A stretch of 63,946 nt of DNA, the filler included, from Reticulomyxa filosa (taxonomy: Eukaryota; Protista; Foraminifera): NCBI GenBank assembly GCA_000512085.1. It is 20 parts of 20 records of this genome, joined end to end, with 100 filler letters (N's around TTAATTAATTAA, not from the genome) between each part and the next. Parts side by side here need not be neighbours in the genome. Positions count along the whole stretch, not along the records: positions 1 to 2,865 come from ASPP01039093.1; positions 2,966 to 6,172 come from ASPP01021801.1; positions 6,273 to 15,756 come from ASPP01003659.1; 17 more parts are not named here. The stretch is one strand, 5' to 3'. A model generated the notes under the pieces. It was not told the origin of the DNA. It saw nothing but the letters and a program-made list of their open reading frames with translations, and did no database searches. Shown piece by piece: positions 1 to 13,492 of the stretch; the first letter of the stretch is position 1, and each line of letters begins with the position of its first letter. Made by a program: the position numbers and the translations under genes.

Positions 1-401
1 AAAAAGTGAAAAAAAAAACGTAGTAATAAAAAAAAGGATGAATAAAAAAGAAAAAAAAAAAGGAAGAAATTAATAAGAAAGAAAAAAAAGGAAGAAATTA
101 ATAAGAAAGAAAAAAAAATTATAATTGAAATATTTTAATATTTTTATATTTGGAAAAATGTTATCTGCTCGAGGATAACAACAAAGTTAAGTGAGATATC
201 TTTTTATGTGTGTTTGTTTGAAAAAAAATCAAATTTGAAATATAAATTTAGCTGTTGTAATAAATCTAAATTAAACCAATGTGAACATGAATTTTTTCAT
301 TGTACATGTGTAAAATGAAACAAAGAGAGAGAACAAAGCGAAGAAGAGCAGATTAAGGAATGATGAAAAAGAAACACCAGCGATAATTGGTATGAACTCG
401 T

Positions 402-1050
402 GTGGAAGATAATAAAGCTGTGATATTCAATTTGATTAAAAAGAACTTTGGTTATTACATTAAGAAAGATTGGAAGGACATTATTGAATGGATTATTTTA
501 TTCTATGATGGAATGCCTTTGAAAGAATATTGGAGTTAAAAAAACATTGATTACTTTTGTCTTTCTTTCTAAACAATTTCATTAATTATTGTTTGTTGTT
601 TTTGTATTTACAACAACTAGGATCACTGGTGACAAGACACACAAAGATGTTGGATCAGTCTACAATATCGGGAGTACAATCTCCGATCGCTCAATACAAA
701 TTGGTGGGATATTATACAAGGCAACATTCGAGCCAAGAAAATAAAGTACATTTTGCTATGCACAAACTCTCAATGCCACATTATGTCGTTGTAGTAATTC
801 CTGCATTCTCAAAGGTCACTCGTCTCGGCTACCTGATTCAAATTGCACCTTGTTTAAATCGTGTTGTCACGAACAGTCAAATATCAGACATTGCAGAATT
901 ATTAACATTAATGTCTAGAAACAAATAATTTGGGATCAGCTCCACAAATTCATTAATTAACATCTGGGAAACAATCCACAATACACTACCGATATTAAAA
1001 TGCAACAGTATCATCAAGTATAACAGAGGTGATGTGGACCTAATTCATTG
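402..1050 (+). pseudogene. Interrupted hypothetical spliced gene
   Basis: Frame VEDNKAVIFNLIKKNFGYYIKKDWKDIIEWIILFYDGMPLKEYW joins through a plausible phase-1 GT-AG intron (~535-620) to ORF 557..928, then meets in-frame stops at 926 and ~1048. Confidence 0.3.
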
Positions 1051-2865
1051 ACAAAATGTAACGCAATTGTGATCCGATCTTCTCTTGGTATGTTACAATC
1101 ACAATTCAAAAATGGATTGCTTTGTATTACGTTCATAAATCTATACACGCAATAGATACAATCAAGGAAGGACAGCTTTATCAGAGTTGTGGTGAATGCA
1201 AATGAGAGTGGTAGTGAATAGAGTAAATAAAATCAGTCATAAAAGGTCTGCCTTACTTTTGTTATATTTTTGGTTGTTGTGATATATCTTGATCGTACCA
1301 TTATGAACATTGATCTTTTAGGTTTCGAGTGAAAGAAAAAGATTGATGAAGAAGAAGAAAAGTAAATTAAGAAAGTAGGAAAAAAAAGAAGAAAAAATAT
1401 CGATCAAGCACATGAACTATGTCAAGACATATAACAAATGTTCATGAATCTTGCAAGATGAACTTATCGAGAAATAAATGGACAGTGTAAACAAAGGCAA
1501 TTGATACAGCCCCTAAAATGCGTCACCAAAATTAGTTGTTATGAATGATATTAATGGAAGTGAAGCGCAGTGACAATGGACATTATGTGTTTATGATCAC
1601 ACAATAACATCCAACTTAATATATACTACTATCAATCAAGTCATTATATATATAATCGATCACATATCCGTTGCTGTCGTTCATGTGTATTTGCGATTAT
1701 GTATATGTGGCTCCCGATGTCGACACACTAAAGATGCATTGAGACATTTCCGATGTAGAATTGGTATGATCTTTATGTTGATTTGGTGGAAAATAATAAA
1801 GTATATGGATATATTAAATCCACTGGTGATATAGGTGGTAGAATCGCAAATGAAGAAGAAGAAGGGGACGCACAGAAATGCAGAAGCAAGAACTACTGTC
1901 TTAATTAGAACGGAGGTGTCACAAAAACTCCAAAAAAAATTTGACGTGCAAGCGATATGCCAAAGGTAAAAATATAGTGACCCTACCATAATGAACAGTA
2001 TCAACAACGGTGAATAGTGTCAATGCGAGAGAAACATTGAGATGTTAAATCAAAAATCTGATACCATTAACACATTGTCACGTCTATCAAACAGAAGTAT
2101 GTTGTCAAAACGAAGTCACGTATGGATCAGTGCAACATCTCCATACGCGTCATCAATAATCACCAGACAATGTCAGAAGGATGCTTATCATAAGAATACT
2201 TCCTCCATTCAGAACAGATACATCGCTGCATGGAAGGACAATATTTCATCATCGTCGTAAGTTTTGCTTTTGTGCATGTCTGAGTGGCTCCAAAAAAATA
2301 AAATACATATATATTTTAAAAAAAGCAAACAAAGAATTTAATTGGGGAACCAATCGAAGAAGTAAGGCAGATGAGAATATTTCAATCAAAGAGTTGCACG
2401 ACATTAACGAACAACTTCTCCAAATGTCGCAGCGTGAAAAGGCTTTTTCAAATAGAAATGCAAGCATGCAAGAATCAAGTAGATGAAATAAATAATCATC
2501 AGCTTGGGTTGAAACAAGCATATGAAAGTATTGACAGCGAAAATCAATCCCTCAACAGTTTTGCAAAAATCTAAATAATTTTTTTCAGTCTCTTTTTGGA
2601 TTTCTTCCTTTTATCTTGTTTTAAAAACAGAAAGTATCAAAGCTTTGATATTGAAGCTGGCAAACCAAAGAATACTTCATAAATTGCAATTTTTTATCGA
2701 AAGCATTCAAAAAACTGGGATAATCATTGAAACAGTGAAAAAAGAGGAACCAGAAAAAATTATGGACCTGTTTCAAAAGATTACAACTTTGTTTGCATCC
2801 ACGTTAAACCAAGCGCAAATCCTGACAAATGATCTATAAAATAAACGGCCAAAAAAAAAAGGAGT

Positions 2866-2965
2866 NNNNNNNNNNNNNNNNNNNNNNNNNNNNNNNNNNN
2901 NNNNNNNNNTTAATTAATTAANNNNNNNNNNNNNNNNNNNNNNNNNNNNNNNNNNNNNNNNNNNN
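2866..2965. other. Artificial contig-joining spacer (N44-TTAATTAATTAA-N44), first of 19
   Basis: Identical 100-bp spacers start at 2866, 6173, 15757, 17332, 22967, 24335, 25435, 27787, 38338, 40833, 42291, 43577, 47737, 54235, 56245, 57528, 59170, 61313 and 62520. The core puts stops in all six frames. Neighbouring contigs are not physically linked. Confidence 0.98.
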
Positions 2966-2999
2966 TGCAGTCATACACAATGAATATTTTCTAAATACC

Positions 3000-5480
3000 A
3001 AATTCATTCACTATCGTCAAAATTGTAATGAGATATACAATTTGACCTTGGATGATTGTCATTGTTGGAAATTCTTGCATCCATCACCAATGTCTTCATT
3101 CAACAATTTTTGGATTAACAATCCGATGAGTGAAGTTATCATTTGTATTTCCTTTTTTTTTTGATTTGTTCTTCTTGCTTGCTTTCTTGAGTGCCGTTCA
3201 ACATGTTGCCAGTAGTCAATAGTCAATCCTGGAGACAGTTCAGCAACGATTACAGGCGCTCTTTTAACAAACGCAAAGCACACAACCCTTGCATTGGTGG
3301 AGCCAGAAAATGCAATAATATATCTCTATTCACAAATTATCAATGTTCAATGTTGCCTGCGAGCTTACGATTCTCCCATCAGCACGAGCATGATTCAAGA
3401 TCCAAATTTACGCATATGCGTACGCACACGACCAGTTTTGATACGATTGTCCAATATCCGCGTTTCGATTATTGTGATCCGTTTATAAAATTAGCACCTT
3501 GCTCATTGGAGCCTGTATATTGCAGTTCGATATAATCTTTGCGGACAATTGTTGGCATGGTAAAGCACCAGAAACTTGTGTCCCACCTACGTTTATGACA
3601 CAAATAAATTCTCTGCAATATTTCGAATTATTGCTTCGAGACGTTGACATATCCCGTTCAACATTTTCCATTGGGACGCACTATGTGAAGTTAGTATACG
3701 TCCGAGTGGCGAATTTGGTTATGGAATCGCTTTTTGTGTTTAGAAACACGCAAAGTCAATAAAGTCGGCCGACTGGGTGTTGTTTTTTTTTCTTTTATAC
3801 AAATCATCGCCACCATCCTCCCCCTCTTTCTCTTTCTTGCTTGCCGGTATCCTGTGAGTTTCGAACTAAATTGAACCATAATGTCCACATCGTTTTTTAC
3901 TTTGCACGATATACGGTCTTCTTTTTTTCTTCTTGGCGAGCTTGATTTCATATTTGGCGACACCAATGTCTAGGTATTGTCTGCGATCGATCGGAGAGAA
4001 TTTTGCCAACTGTTCCAACTACAAGTTCATCTTCTCTTGTCGCCGTTGTAATGAGACACATACTTTGGCCTAATCGAATGGACGTGAGTATTTACAATGA
4101 TAGACTGTACAATTTTTATATTCCATTTTTCTATTAGACGTATTCGTTTCATCTTTTTTCTTGCTTTTGATTGCCGCCCAACACGTCGTCTGTAGTTTCC
4201 TGATGCAGTTCGGCAAAGATAATATGCTCTTGCTCGACAAATGCAAGGTACACAACTTTTGCATCGATTGACTCGGAAAATGCAACAGTCTATATTTATC
4301 TTTCTTCACCGATAAATGTGCCCAATGTTTCGCGAGTTCAAAATTTTTCCCATCAATATATGCACGATTCAAAAGCCAAAGTTGTGAATGTACACACATA
4401 CTACCAGTTTCGACACAGGTGCTCAATCTATGCATTCCCATTACTCTCTTACGTTTATAAAATTAAACATTTCCATAACGATCGAGTTTCTCTTACTCGT
4501 TGGCGCCGGTAGATCATAGTTGGACAAAATCTTTGAGGATAATTCTTAGCAAGGCAAAGCACCAGAGACTTGTGTCTGCTTATATTGACGGCAAACAAGT
4601 TTTTTCAAATACTTCGGGTAGCACTTGTCATATTCGTTCGACACTTTCGCGAGTGACGACTTTGCGCATTTCTATGCGTAAAAAAGCAAGTCCATAAAAT
4701 CAATTTCAATAAAGCCGGACTACTGGTTTTATTTTATTTTATTCTATTTTTTAAACAAAGTTAACTTGATATAATTTCGGAACGCTCTTTTTCTTCGTTT
4801 TCTTCCTCTGCATTTTCTTACTTGCTGGTGTTTTGTAAGTTTCGCAGGCTAAATTGAACCACTTTTACATGTGATGATTCTCCTGATACAGTGGTTTGCT
4901 CGCTGTCCATGTATGTTTTTTTTTTTTTTTTATGATGTCCTTTGTTTTTTTCTTACGCTTTCCACTTCCTCGTCGATCCAGTCGCTGCCATCGTCGCTAC
5001 TTTCACTTTGAGGTTATCACCGTTTTCTTTTTTTTCTTTCTGGCGAGCTTCTATATTTGACGGCGCCAAGATCTATATATTGTTTGAGATTTTTGAGATA
5101 ATCTTGCCACACCGTCCCAACTCCATGTCGTGATGTTTTCAATACAAGTGCATCTGCTCTCTTTGAACTTATAATGAAGAACACAATTTGGCCTGATCGA
5201 ATGGACTTGAGCATTTGCAACGAGTGAATGTATCACTTTATATCTATTTCCTTGCTTTCTTGATTGCAATCCAACACGTCAGTATTCCATAGCCGATCCC
5301 AGATGCAATTAGTCAAAGATCATATGCACTTGCTCGGCAAACTCAAGGCAAACAACTATTGCAACAATGAAGTCGGAAAATGCAAATATCTATTTTCTTT
5401 CTTCACCAACCGACAATGCTCAAAGTCACACATGAGCTCACGATTCAAGTTGCGATTTTGCGCAACACACAATAAATTTT
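3000..5480 (-). repeat. Degenerate ~1.0-1.1 kb tandem repeat (~2.4 units) of a decayed coding sequence
   Basis: Anchors recur: TT(G/A)TAATGA at ~3022/4046/5169, GAAAATGCAA at ~3306/4276/5376, AAAGCACCAGA..CTTGTGTC at ~3562/4556. Minus-strand peptides align (VAFSESIDAKVVYLAFVEQEHIIFAEL vs IAFSGSTNARVVCFAFVKRAPVIVAEL). Confidence 0.75.
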
Positions 5481-7755
5481 GGCACGATCTATGCCTTTTC
5501 TTTCTTTTTTCTCTTTTTTTTTCGATTTTGTATTTTTTTTCTATCTTTTTTTTACTTTTTTTTCTCATTGTCATCTTTTTTTTCTTTTAAATTTTTCAAC
5601 ACTTTTTTCATTTATTTTTATTTTCTTCAATTTCTTAAATAAAAATTCAAAACTAATTTTCCCAATTTAATTTCCCCTTTTTCACCATTTGTTTTCCCCA
5701 TGCATTTTCCCCATGCATTTTCCCCTTTTTTCCAATTTATTTTCTACATTTTTCCCATTTACCCACCTTTTTCCATTTATTTTTTTTCCCCCAAATGTCC
5801 ACTATCAACTAATTCGGACAGAAATAAAAATAAAAACTTAAAACTTTCCAATCGATCATATATTTTTTCTTTTGTACGGGGGGTGGTGTGTGTAAATAAA
5901 ATTTTTTGTTGATTGGGGCGTGCCTATTGACAAACACAAACATTTGACAAAAAATAAATAAATAAATAAATAAAAGACACAAACCTTTTCATGTTTTTTG
6001 CACAACAGGATATCTTCAACCCCGAAATTGTTCTTTGTGTAGAGTTGGAGTGTGACGTATACAGTTTTTTTTGAACAGACGGGTTGCGGCTGTCAATGAA
6101 AAAACAACGTCAATTATGTCAAAAAAACCAAACGTATAAATATATACCAAACCATTTGTACTCCTTGCGGAGNNNNNNNNNNNNNNNNNNNNNNNNNNNN
6201 NNNNNNNNNNNNNNNNTTAATTAATTAANNNNNNNNNNNNNNNNNNNNNNNNNNNNNNNNNNNNNNNNNNNNCAAAAAAAGATACAGTAGATCGCAAAAA
6301 AACCGCCATACTTAAATGGCACTATATGAAGAGAATCGATTTTCTCCATGAAAAATAAAGATTTAAACCTAATTTTTTTAAAAAAAATACCTACTAATCT
6401 TGTATGCATTAATAGTATCGATATTGATTTGGAGTTCGACAATGTCGAAAAAGACAGCATGTTTTCGCATGCTAGAGAGATATTGATAAAAGAAGTTTAT
6501 TTACCGGTGGTCATATAGTCCAATTCAAAACTCCAACAAGCTCTTGCACTTCATTTTTGAATCTCGTTTGACAACAAGATAACATTTTGGTGTTATTTAC
6601 TTGAATTTTTAGTTGCGATAACTTGTTGCATAAAATCCAATTCTTTTTTTTAAATGGCCAAAAATTCAATCTCGATCGGCATTATTTGTTCTAGTTTTAT
6701 CATTGATTACGCAATCATTGATAATTCACGGTGTTATTTTTTTCAAATGAAAATTGAAATCTCTGGTCATATCAGAATACGTTCATAGTTTGATGATAAA
6801 TTATCATTATTTTTACCAACGAATAGCTCTGGATTGAGAAAGCGCTTAACCTGTTGCAAAAAGACTGCTTCGTTTGCAAAAATATATTCGCGACGTCAAA
6901 TACAACAAGTAGTTGGCCAATATTCATTTTATCGACAATCTGTTTGTAATCGTGATGAAGCGAATGAAAGCATTTGTCAATTCTTTGATCTTTTCATTGA
7001 AATTGATCGGCAAAAATTGCTCCACATCAATGTCCACAAACGTGGTTTTAGATTTCATGCATTTAATTACAAAAGTAAATGTTTTTTCCATTCTTCCATT
7101 GACTGTGTGTTAAGAATTCACATTCATACGAATGGTAACTCGATTACATCCAATATTTTCACTGTAACTTTGCAAAAATCTTTCAATCAAATGAGTCTTT
7201 CTACAAGCATTTGGTTTCCATTTGTTTTGTGGACATTATCATTTACATTGATATGATAATTGTCATTACCATTTTCATCATCATTGCGATGCATCCCTTC
7301 AACGGTTTGTTTACATTGACTGTCTTGTTTTGATTGGAATTGGAATGTATATCAATCAATTGCTATTGAATAGGCTTTATTCGATAATCTTGATCAAAAT
7401 TTGCACCTAATGTATGACATTTTTGTGATAAATAGTTGTATAAAGCTTGTTTGTGAATTTGACGATATTTGATATGTTTAGGATATTTCAAAATATGCAA
7501 ACACATTTCTCGAATTATTTTAAATTCAAGTTGGAAATTTGCAACCTGTCTTAATTCTTCAAGGTATCAACAAGAATTTGATTGCAATTTCTCTAAGTTT
7601 GTAACATTGCTACTTTTCCAGTGTATTTTCAAACCTCGGAATATGAGATAGATAAAGATAAAAAAAAACCAAATGCAAATCCATATTTAAAAAAGACATG
7701 ATTTATGAATATTTTAATTGTGCTTCTTCATGAAAAAATCAATTATCTAAATATG

Positions 7756-9017
7756 TCAAAGAATGTATTTCGTTCTATTGTATTTTATAATAATTTTATC
7801 AAAATCATCGATCCATCCTAATTTTATCTTTAAAATTCGAATCCAATACTGAATAACCAATTTCGTTTCATCTTTTGACTATTTATTATGTATTATTTGT
7901 TAATCAGCTATACAATTTATTATGTTTGATCAATAAACAAAAAAATAAATAAATCATTACCAACTGTGAAGGATCCCATACACGCACTTTAGTTTTCATG
8001 TGAGTTAATACTTTCTTTTCATGATCTCTTCCTCCAATGATGTGTATATAATTATCTTCTTCATCCAATATTGCAACACAACCTCTCAATCGACTGGGTA
8101 ATGTATTTTGAAATGTCGTCCATTTATTTTCTCGAATTGAATACTTGTACACTGATTTTGAAACAACAACATTATTGAATCTGCCATTCCATCCACCAAA
8201 GAATAAGATGATATCATTAATACACACATGTGCATAATAACTGAGTGGTGCAATTTTCTCACAAACAGGCAATCTTTGAAATTGAAAAATGTTGTTATTT
8301 TCATCATATTCAATTGATAATCCTGTTTTTTTACAAAACAACAGCATTTCATAATTTGTTTATTTGTTTTCATCATTTCTTGCCCTTGCCATTTTCTGAC
8401 TTTGATATAAAGCAATGAAAATAAATAATAGAATCAGTTGGTAATTTGTCATGTTTAATAAATTGAAATGTATTTAAATCGAACACACTAATGTTATGTG
8501 GTATATATGTGATAAATAATAAATGATTGTTGCTTCCACCAATCACCGCACGCACTCCAGTATAATTAGCATAATCACTTGCAATGATAATTGGATGATT
8601 ATCATTGTCTGTGAAAGGAACCCATTGATTGTAATTGTTGAATTCATTTGATTTATTTGATATATCTAATATATTACTCCAAACACTTACATATTTCATC
8701 ACTAATGTATGTTTATTTTTTCCAAACAAAGAAGACCCAAAAGATAACAAGGTGATTTCATTGCTGTTTTTATTGTTATCTATTAGTTTCACTACACAGT
8801 GTCCTTTTAATTTAACATGACTTGGATACTCACAGATAAACTTGTATTTGTTTTTGAGTATATCATAAGAATAACAAGCGTTTTGACGTTTACCTCCACA
8901 AATGAGGATTTCGTGTTTGTGTAGCACACATTGGGAGTCTTCAAGTAGAGTAGGCAGCTCCTCCAAAGTTTGAAAGGAGTTAATAAGATGTTTTTGTGCT
9001 GTAGTTCGATTACCCAT
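7756..9017 (-). pseudogene. Kelch-like beta-propeller gene 1 with C-terminal module exon; two frameshifts (pseudogene or sequencing error)
   Basis: Kelch motifs ILICGG, GHCVV, LFFGGW, IHIIGG. Frameshifts near 8390 and 8355. Intron 7960-7879. Last exon 7878-7756 encodes SKDETKLVIQYWIRILKIKLGWIDDFDKIIIKYNRTKYIL*. Confidence 0.85.
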
Positions 9018-9225
9018 TTGTTAATGCTCTGAAGTTTTTAAGTTTTTTGTTTTTTCAAAAGGGTTGCCACATCCCCTTTTTTTAAAAAATTAAAGATATT
9101 TTACATGGGATTTTGTTTAGTTTATGAAACGAAAAAATTGCACACAATTGAATAAAATAATTAAATTTGATGAAATTAATGAATGGAAAGAAATAGTAAA
9201 TAAATATATCGATAATATACAATAA

Positions 9226-9719
9226 GAAATTGTTGGTAATGGATATACAATTTGTTCTGGATCAAATGATAATACCATTCGAATATGGGATATTGAAATA
9301 ACAACACAATTAATTATATTTAAAGGATATGAAGGATATTTGATGAACGTAAAATATGGATCAATGAATTAATGAATGCTATATTATCTGGATCAGATGA
9401 TAACAGTATTCGTTTGTGGGCTATTCGATCTGGTAAACAAATTCAAATGTTTAATGGACATACAGACTGTGTAAATATTGCTGAATATTCACTATTTGTA
9501 GTGAGTAATATTGAAATTGGTAGTAATTCAAATGTGATATGTTCTGGATCAAGTGATAATACAATTTGTTTTTGGGATATTCGATTAAATAAGAAGGAAT
9601 TGCATGTGGTCAATGGGGATATTAAAGATAATGAAATAAGGTGTATTAAATTAGTTCAATTAAAAAATAATAACAAACATATTAATTTGTGTTATGGTTT
9701 GGTTCGTATTTGGGGATAA
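9226..9719 (+). pseudogene. WD40-repeat gene, 3' fragment
   Basis: GNGYTICSGSNDNTIRIWDIE...ILSGSDDNSIRLW...RIWG*. The 5' half is missing and there is a frameshift near 9364. Confidence 0.85.
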
Positions 9720-9998
9720 TACTATTGATAAATTAAAGGAAGTAATCTTTTTTTAAGGAAATAGCCAAAATAAACAGTCTTTGAGTACATTTTTTTTTCA
9801 TTTATAAAATAAAATCTTGTTTTTTACACGAGAAATACCGTCATCATTATCTAAGACACTCAATAGAATACAAAAGGAGTTGAAGAATGTTGCTCTTTTT
9901 TTAAAAAAGAACACCAACGCAGTACTCATTGGTAAGCTTCATTTCAATCTTTGTCTTCAGTTTCTCACTATATATTTTATCTGTTGTACATGAATCAG

Positions 9999-10435
9999 CC
10001 AAAAGAAAAAGAAATACAAATCATTATTCAACATTATATTGGAATATAAAAATTAAATTAGTATGGATACATGATTTTAACAAACTTGTTGCTAAATATG
10101 TAATATTTTATTATTATTATTTTATTTTTTATTCAATTACAATCAATATTGATTTGCTAAACTCTTTCTTTATGCTGAATACGTTTCATCAATCCTCTAC
10201 TTTACTTAATACATTCACTGGACATATGGAGCATTGATTATACATCATTTGATGGTAATCAATTCATTTGTCCAGGGTCATCTGATAAAACAATTCGTGT
10301 ATGTGATGTTGAAATTCAATCTTTTAATGAACATACAGTATATGTGTTTTGTGTAAAATTTTTACCATATCATCATTATAATCATTGTAATATCATTTGT
10401 TCTGCATTACATGGTAATACTATTCGTTTTTGGTG
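9999..10435 (+). pseudogene. WD40-repeat gene, 5' fragment including the module exon
   Basis: Exon 9999-10099 reads PKEKEIQIIIQH..IKLVWIHDFNKLVAKY (with stop and frameshift), followed by broken WD repeats (TFTGH, DKTIRV, GNTIRFW). Confidence 0.75.
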
Positions 10436-11838
10436 GATCAAATTTATGAAAAAAAAATAAAGAGAGTTGAAAGATAAATGTTTTTATGCACTTAACTACT
10501 CCAAAGAACTATGTATAGTCGAGGCAATCCACACAGATGAGTTGAGATAACATCTATCAGATTTCATTCCTCTATCCAAGGCAATGACAAATGCAGCATC
10601 TTTGTTATTCCTCAGTAAAATTTGGGATAGAATTTTCATTTACTTAATGATTTGTTGAGTATTGGAAAAGACTTTTTCGCTTGCATAGATATATACTCCT
10701 CTACCCAGAAATCATCATACTTTTTTCTTTCTTCCCAAAACACGCACCACAAAACAATACAAAAAAGGGCTGACTATACCTTGAAGAGAGAGAATGTCTG
10801 TTGCATCGTGTCTATTTTTGTCTGCTTGAAAAAAAAATGATCAGTTCTACTGTTTTTTACTTTTTAGTTTGGGCAGAGGAAATATAATTTAGCTTTTCAA
10901 CAAATTTGCAACAAGAAAACAATACTTGGGCTTTTTACATTCAATTATGAAATGTAAGTGATAAATTTTATTGTTGTCACAAATCTCATAATTGTAAATC
11001 TCAAAGGCTACGTTTTGTCTTGAAAGGATTATGGTCAAGTACTGCATCATCTGCTGTGCAGGAATGAACAAGAAAAAAAAAGTCATTGAAAAAGACTTCA
11101 AAGAGGAAAAAACGGTTTTTAAAATTCTATACATCGATCGGCTCTTTTCATTTGTAAAAGAGATTTATACAATACTTGAAGCTGAGCAATGCAATAACAT
11201 ACTATCAAGATTTACGTTTTCAACAAACGCAAGTAGCCATTGAACCGCAATACTTTCAAACTCTCAAACAGCTAGCCTGAAGTGAAAGAATGTTTTTTAT
11301 TTCGTAAATGAGATACTAACAAAGTGTAATTGCAATCCAAACGGTCAGCCTGTTTGAATTCGTTTTTCTTCCACTTTTCTTGTTCTATAAAACGAAAAAT
11401 GCTCTTTCTTTATTTTTGTTTATCATTACCAGACAAATTACCCAAATTTTCTTTTTAAAAATTTTCGCATGAATAGCTCGCAGAAATGGAGTGAATTTTT
11501 TTGTTACTGTCAAAGAGAATTTTTTGTCAAAAAACGAAAGGAGAATTCACTCCGATACAAAAGAACAAATCTTTTCGTGTAATACGCACAAGAATAACAT
11601 TGATACACATAATTCATGTTAAGCACTCGTGTTCAAGTCTTTTACTCGATACTTGTCAAACAGTTCAAAGGTACGTTCTCTTGTCTGCTTACATTGTTTG
11701 AGGCCTTCCAAATACTTCATTTATTTTAAAATTTTTAACAATTTATTCAAGCGTTGCTATTTAAAGATGATGCTTTAATTGTTTCTTCTTCACTAAGAAA
11801 ATCAGTAATTTCTATAAAATTACATTTTATATTTCGAT

Positions 11839-13062
11839 TTATGACATTGCACTGTATTTGATGATAATTTTGTCAAAATCATTGACCCATCCTAATTTTA
11901 TCTTTAAAATTCGAATCCAATATTGAATAACAAATTTTATATCGTTTTTTGACTGTTAATTATTTGTGCTCATGTAATTTATTTGTATTTGATAAAAAAA
12001 AAAAATTAATAATAATTACCAACTGTGAAACATCCCATACACGCAGTTTTGTCTTCATGTGAGTTGGCAATTCTGTATTTTTATCACATTTGCCTCCAAT
12101 TATGTATATATTAGTATTGTCCTCATTCAGTATTGCAACACAATTATATAATGGACTGGGCAAAGTGTTTTCAAATGTTATCCATTTGTTTTCTTGAATT
12201 AAATACTTATACACTGATTTTGAAACAATTTGCTTATCATCTTTGTAACAATATCCACCAAAGAACAAGATAACACCATTGACACATACACATGAATATT
12301 GATTAAGTGATGCAATATCATCACAAACAAGTAGTTGATAAAATTGAAAAGTGTTGTTATCTTCATCATATTCAATTGATAATCCTGTCTTTTTACAAAA
12401 CAACAGCATTTCATAATTTTTTTTATTCGTTTTTGACTTTGATACAAAGCAATGATAACCAGTATGATCGTTAGTTGGTAAAACATCGTGATTAATAAAT
12501 TGAAATGTATTCAAATTAAACACACTAATATCATTAAAAAGATAAGTGATAAATAATAAATGATTGTTGCTTCCACCAATCACTGCACGCGCTCCTTCGT
12601 AATTATCTTCGTATCTTCCAATGGTAATTGGATGATTGTGATTGTCTGTGAAAGGAATCCATTGATTGTAATTTTTGCTTTTTTTAGTTTATTCATTTCA
12701 TTGCCAGTATTGTCATCATTCCAAACACTTATATACTTCATCATCAGTGTATATTTTTCGGAAAATGTATATCCGCCAAAAGACAGTAAAGTGATTTCAT
12801 TGCTGTCTTTATTGTTATTATTATCCAATAGTTTCACTACACAGTGTCCAAATAATTTAGCATGACTTGGATACTCACAAATAAACTTGTATTCGTTTTT
12901 GAGTATATCATAAGAATAACAGTTTCCTTCACCAAAACCTCCACAAATGAGGAGTTCGTGTTTGTATAACACACACTGAGCCCGCTCAAATGAAGTGGGC
13001 AAAACTTTCAACATTTGAAAGGGAATTGAAGTAGATTTTTGTGTTGTACTTCGATTACCCAT
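11839..13062 (-). pseudogene. Kelch-like beta-propeller gene 2 with C-terminal module exon; one frameshift in an A-run
   Basis: MGNRSTTQ start at 13062; paralogous to gene 1; frameshift near 12675. Intron 12019-11953. Last exon 11952-11839 encodes SKNDIKFVIQYWIRILKIKLGWVNDFDKIIIKYSAMS*. Confidence 0.85.
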
Positions 13063-13492
13063 GTTGCTAAATTTTTTTAACACTTTCTTTAAAAAAAAGT
13101 GACCACATGGCCCTTTAAAAAACAAAAAAACAGCAAAACTTGGTTTTTAAATAAAATTTAAATTACGGTTAAGATTTGCAAAAAAACTCAAAGTTGAATT
13201 GATGTTGGACCGAATCAATTATTTATTACGATTTTGTGTAGCACATATTGAGCTTTAACAAATGGGATGGACAATAAATAAAGAAATATCTATCAAATCC
13301 AAATTAGTCAAGTGATAAAAGTATGAAGTATCTGAAAAAAAATTTGGATCCATCATATTATCACTTCTTAAACATATGCTGTCTGCCTAATCACCAGTGT
13401 CAAAATTTCGCACACAATTTTGAACTATAAGTTCGAAGGCCTCATCTGAAACTGAGCTAAATAAACTTCATTTCAAAGTTGTACGCGTAATC

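Noticed and set aside
6480-7650. Decayed minus-strand coding-like sequence (similar stretches at 17500-17800, 41400-42130, 54540-55000, 59270-61120)
   Set aside because: Too many stops and frameshifts to assign a family or boundaries by eye.
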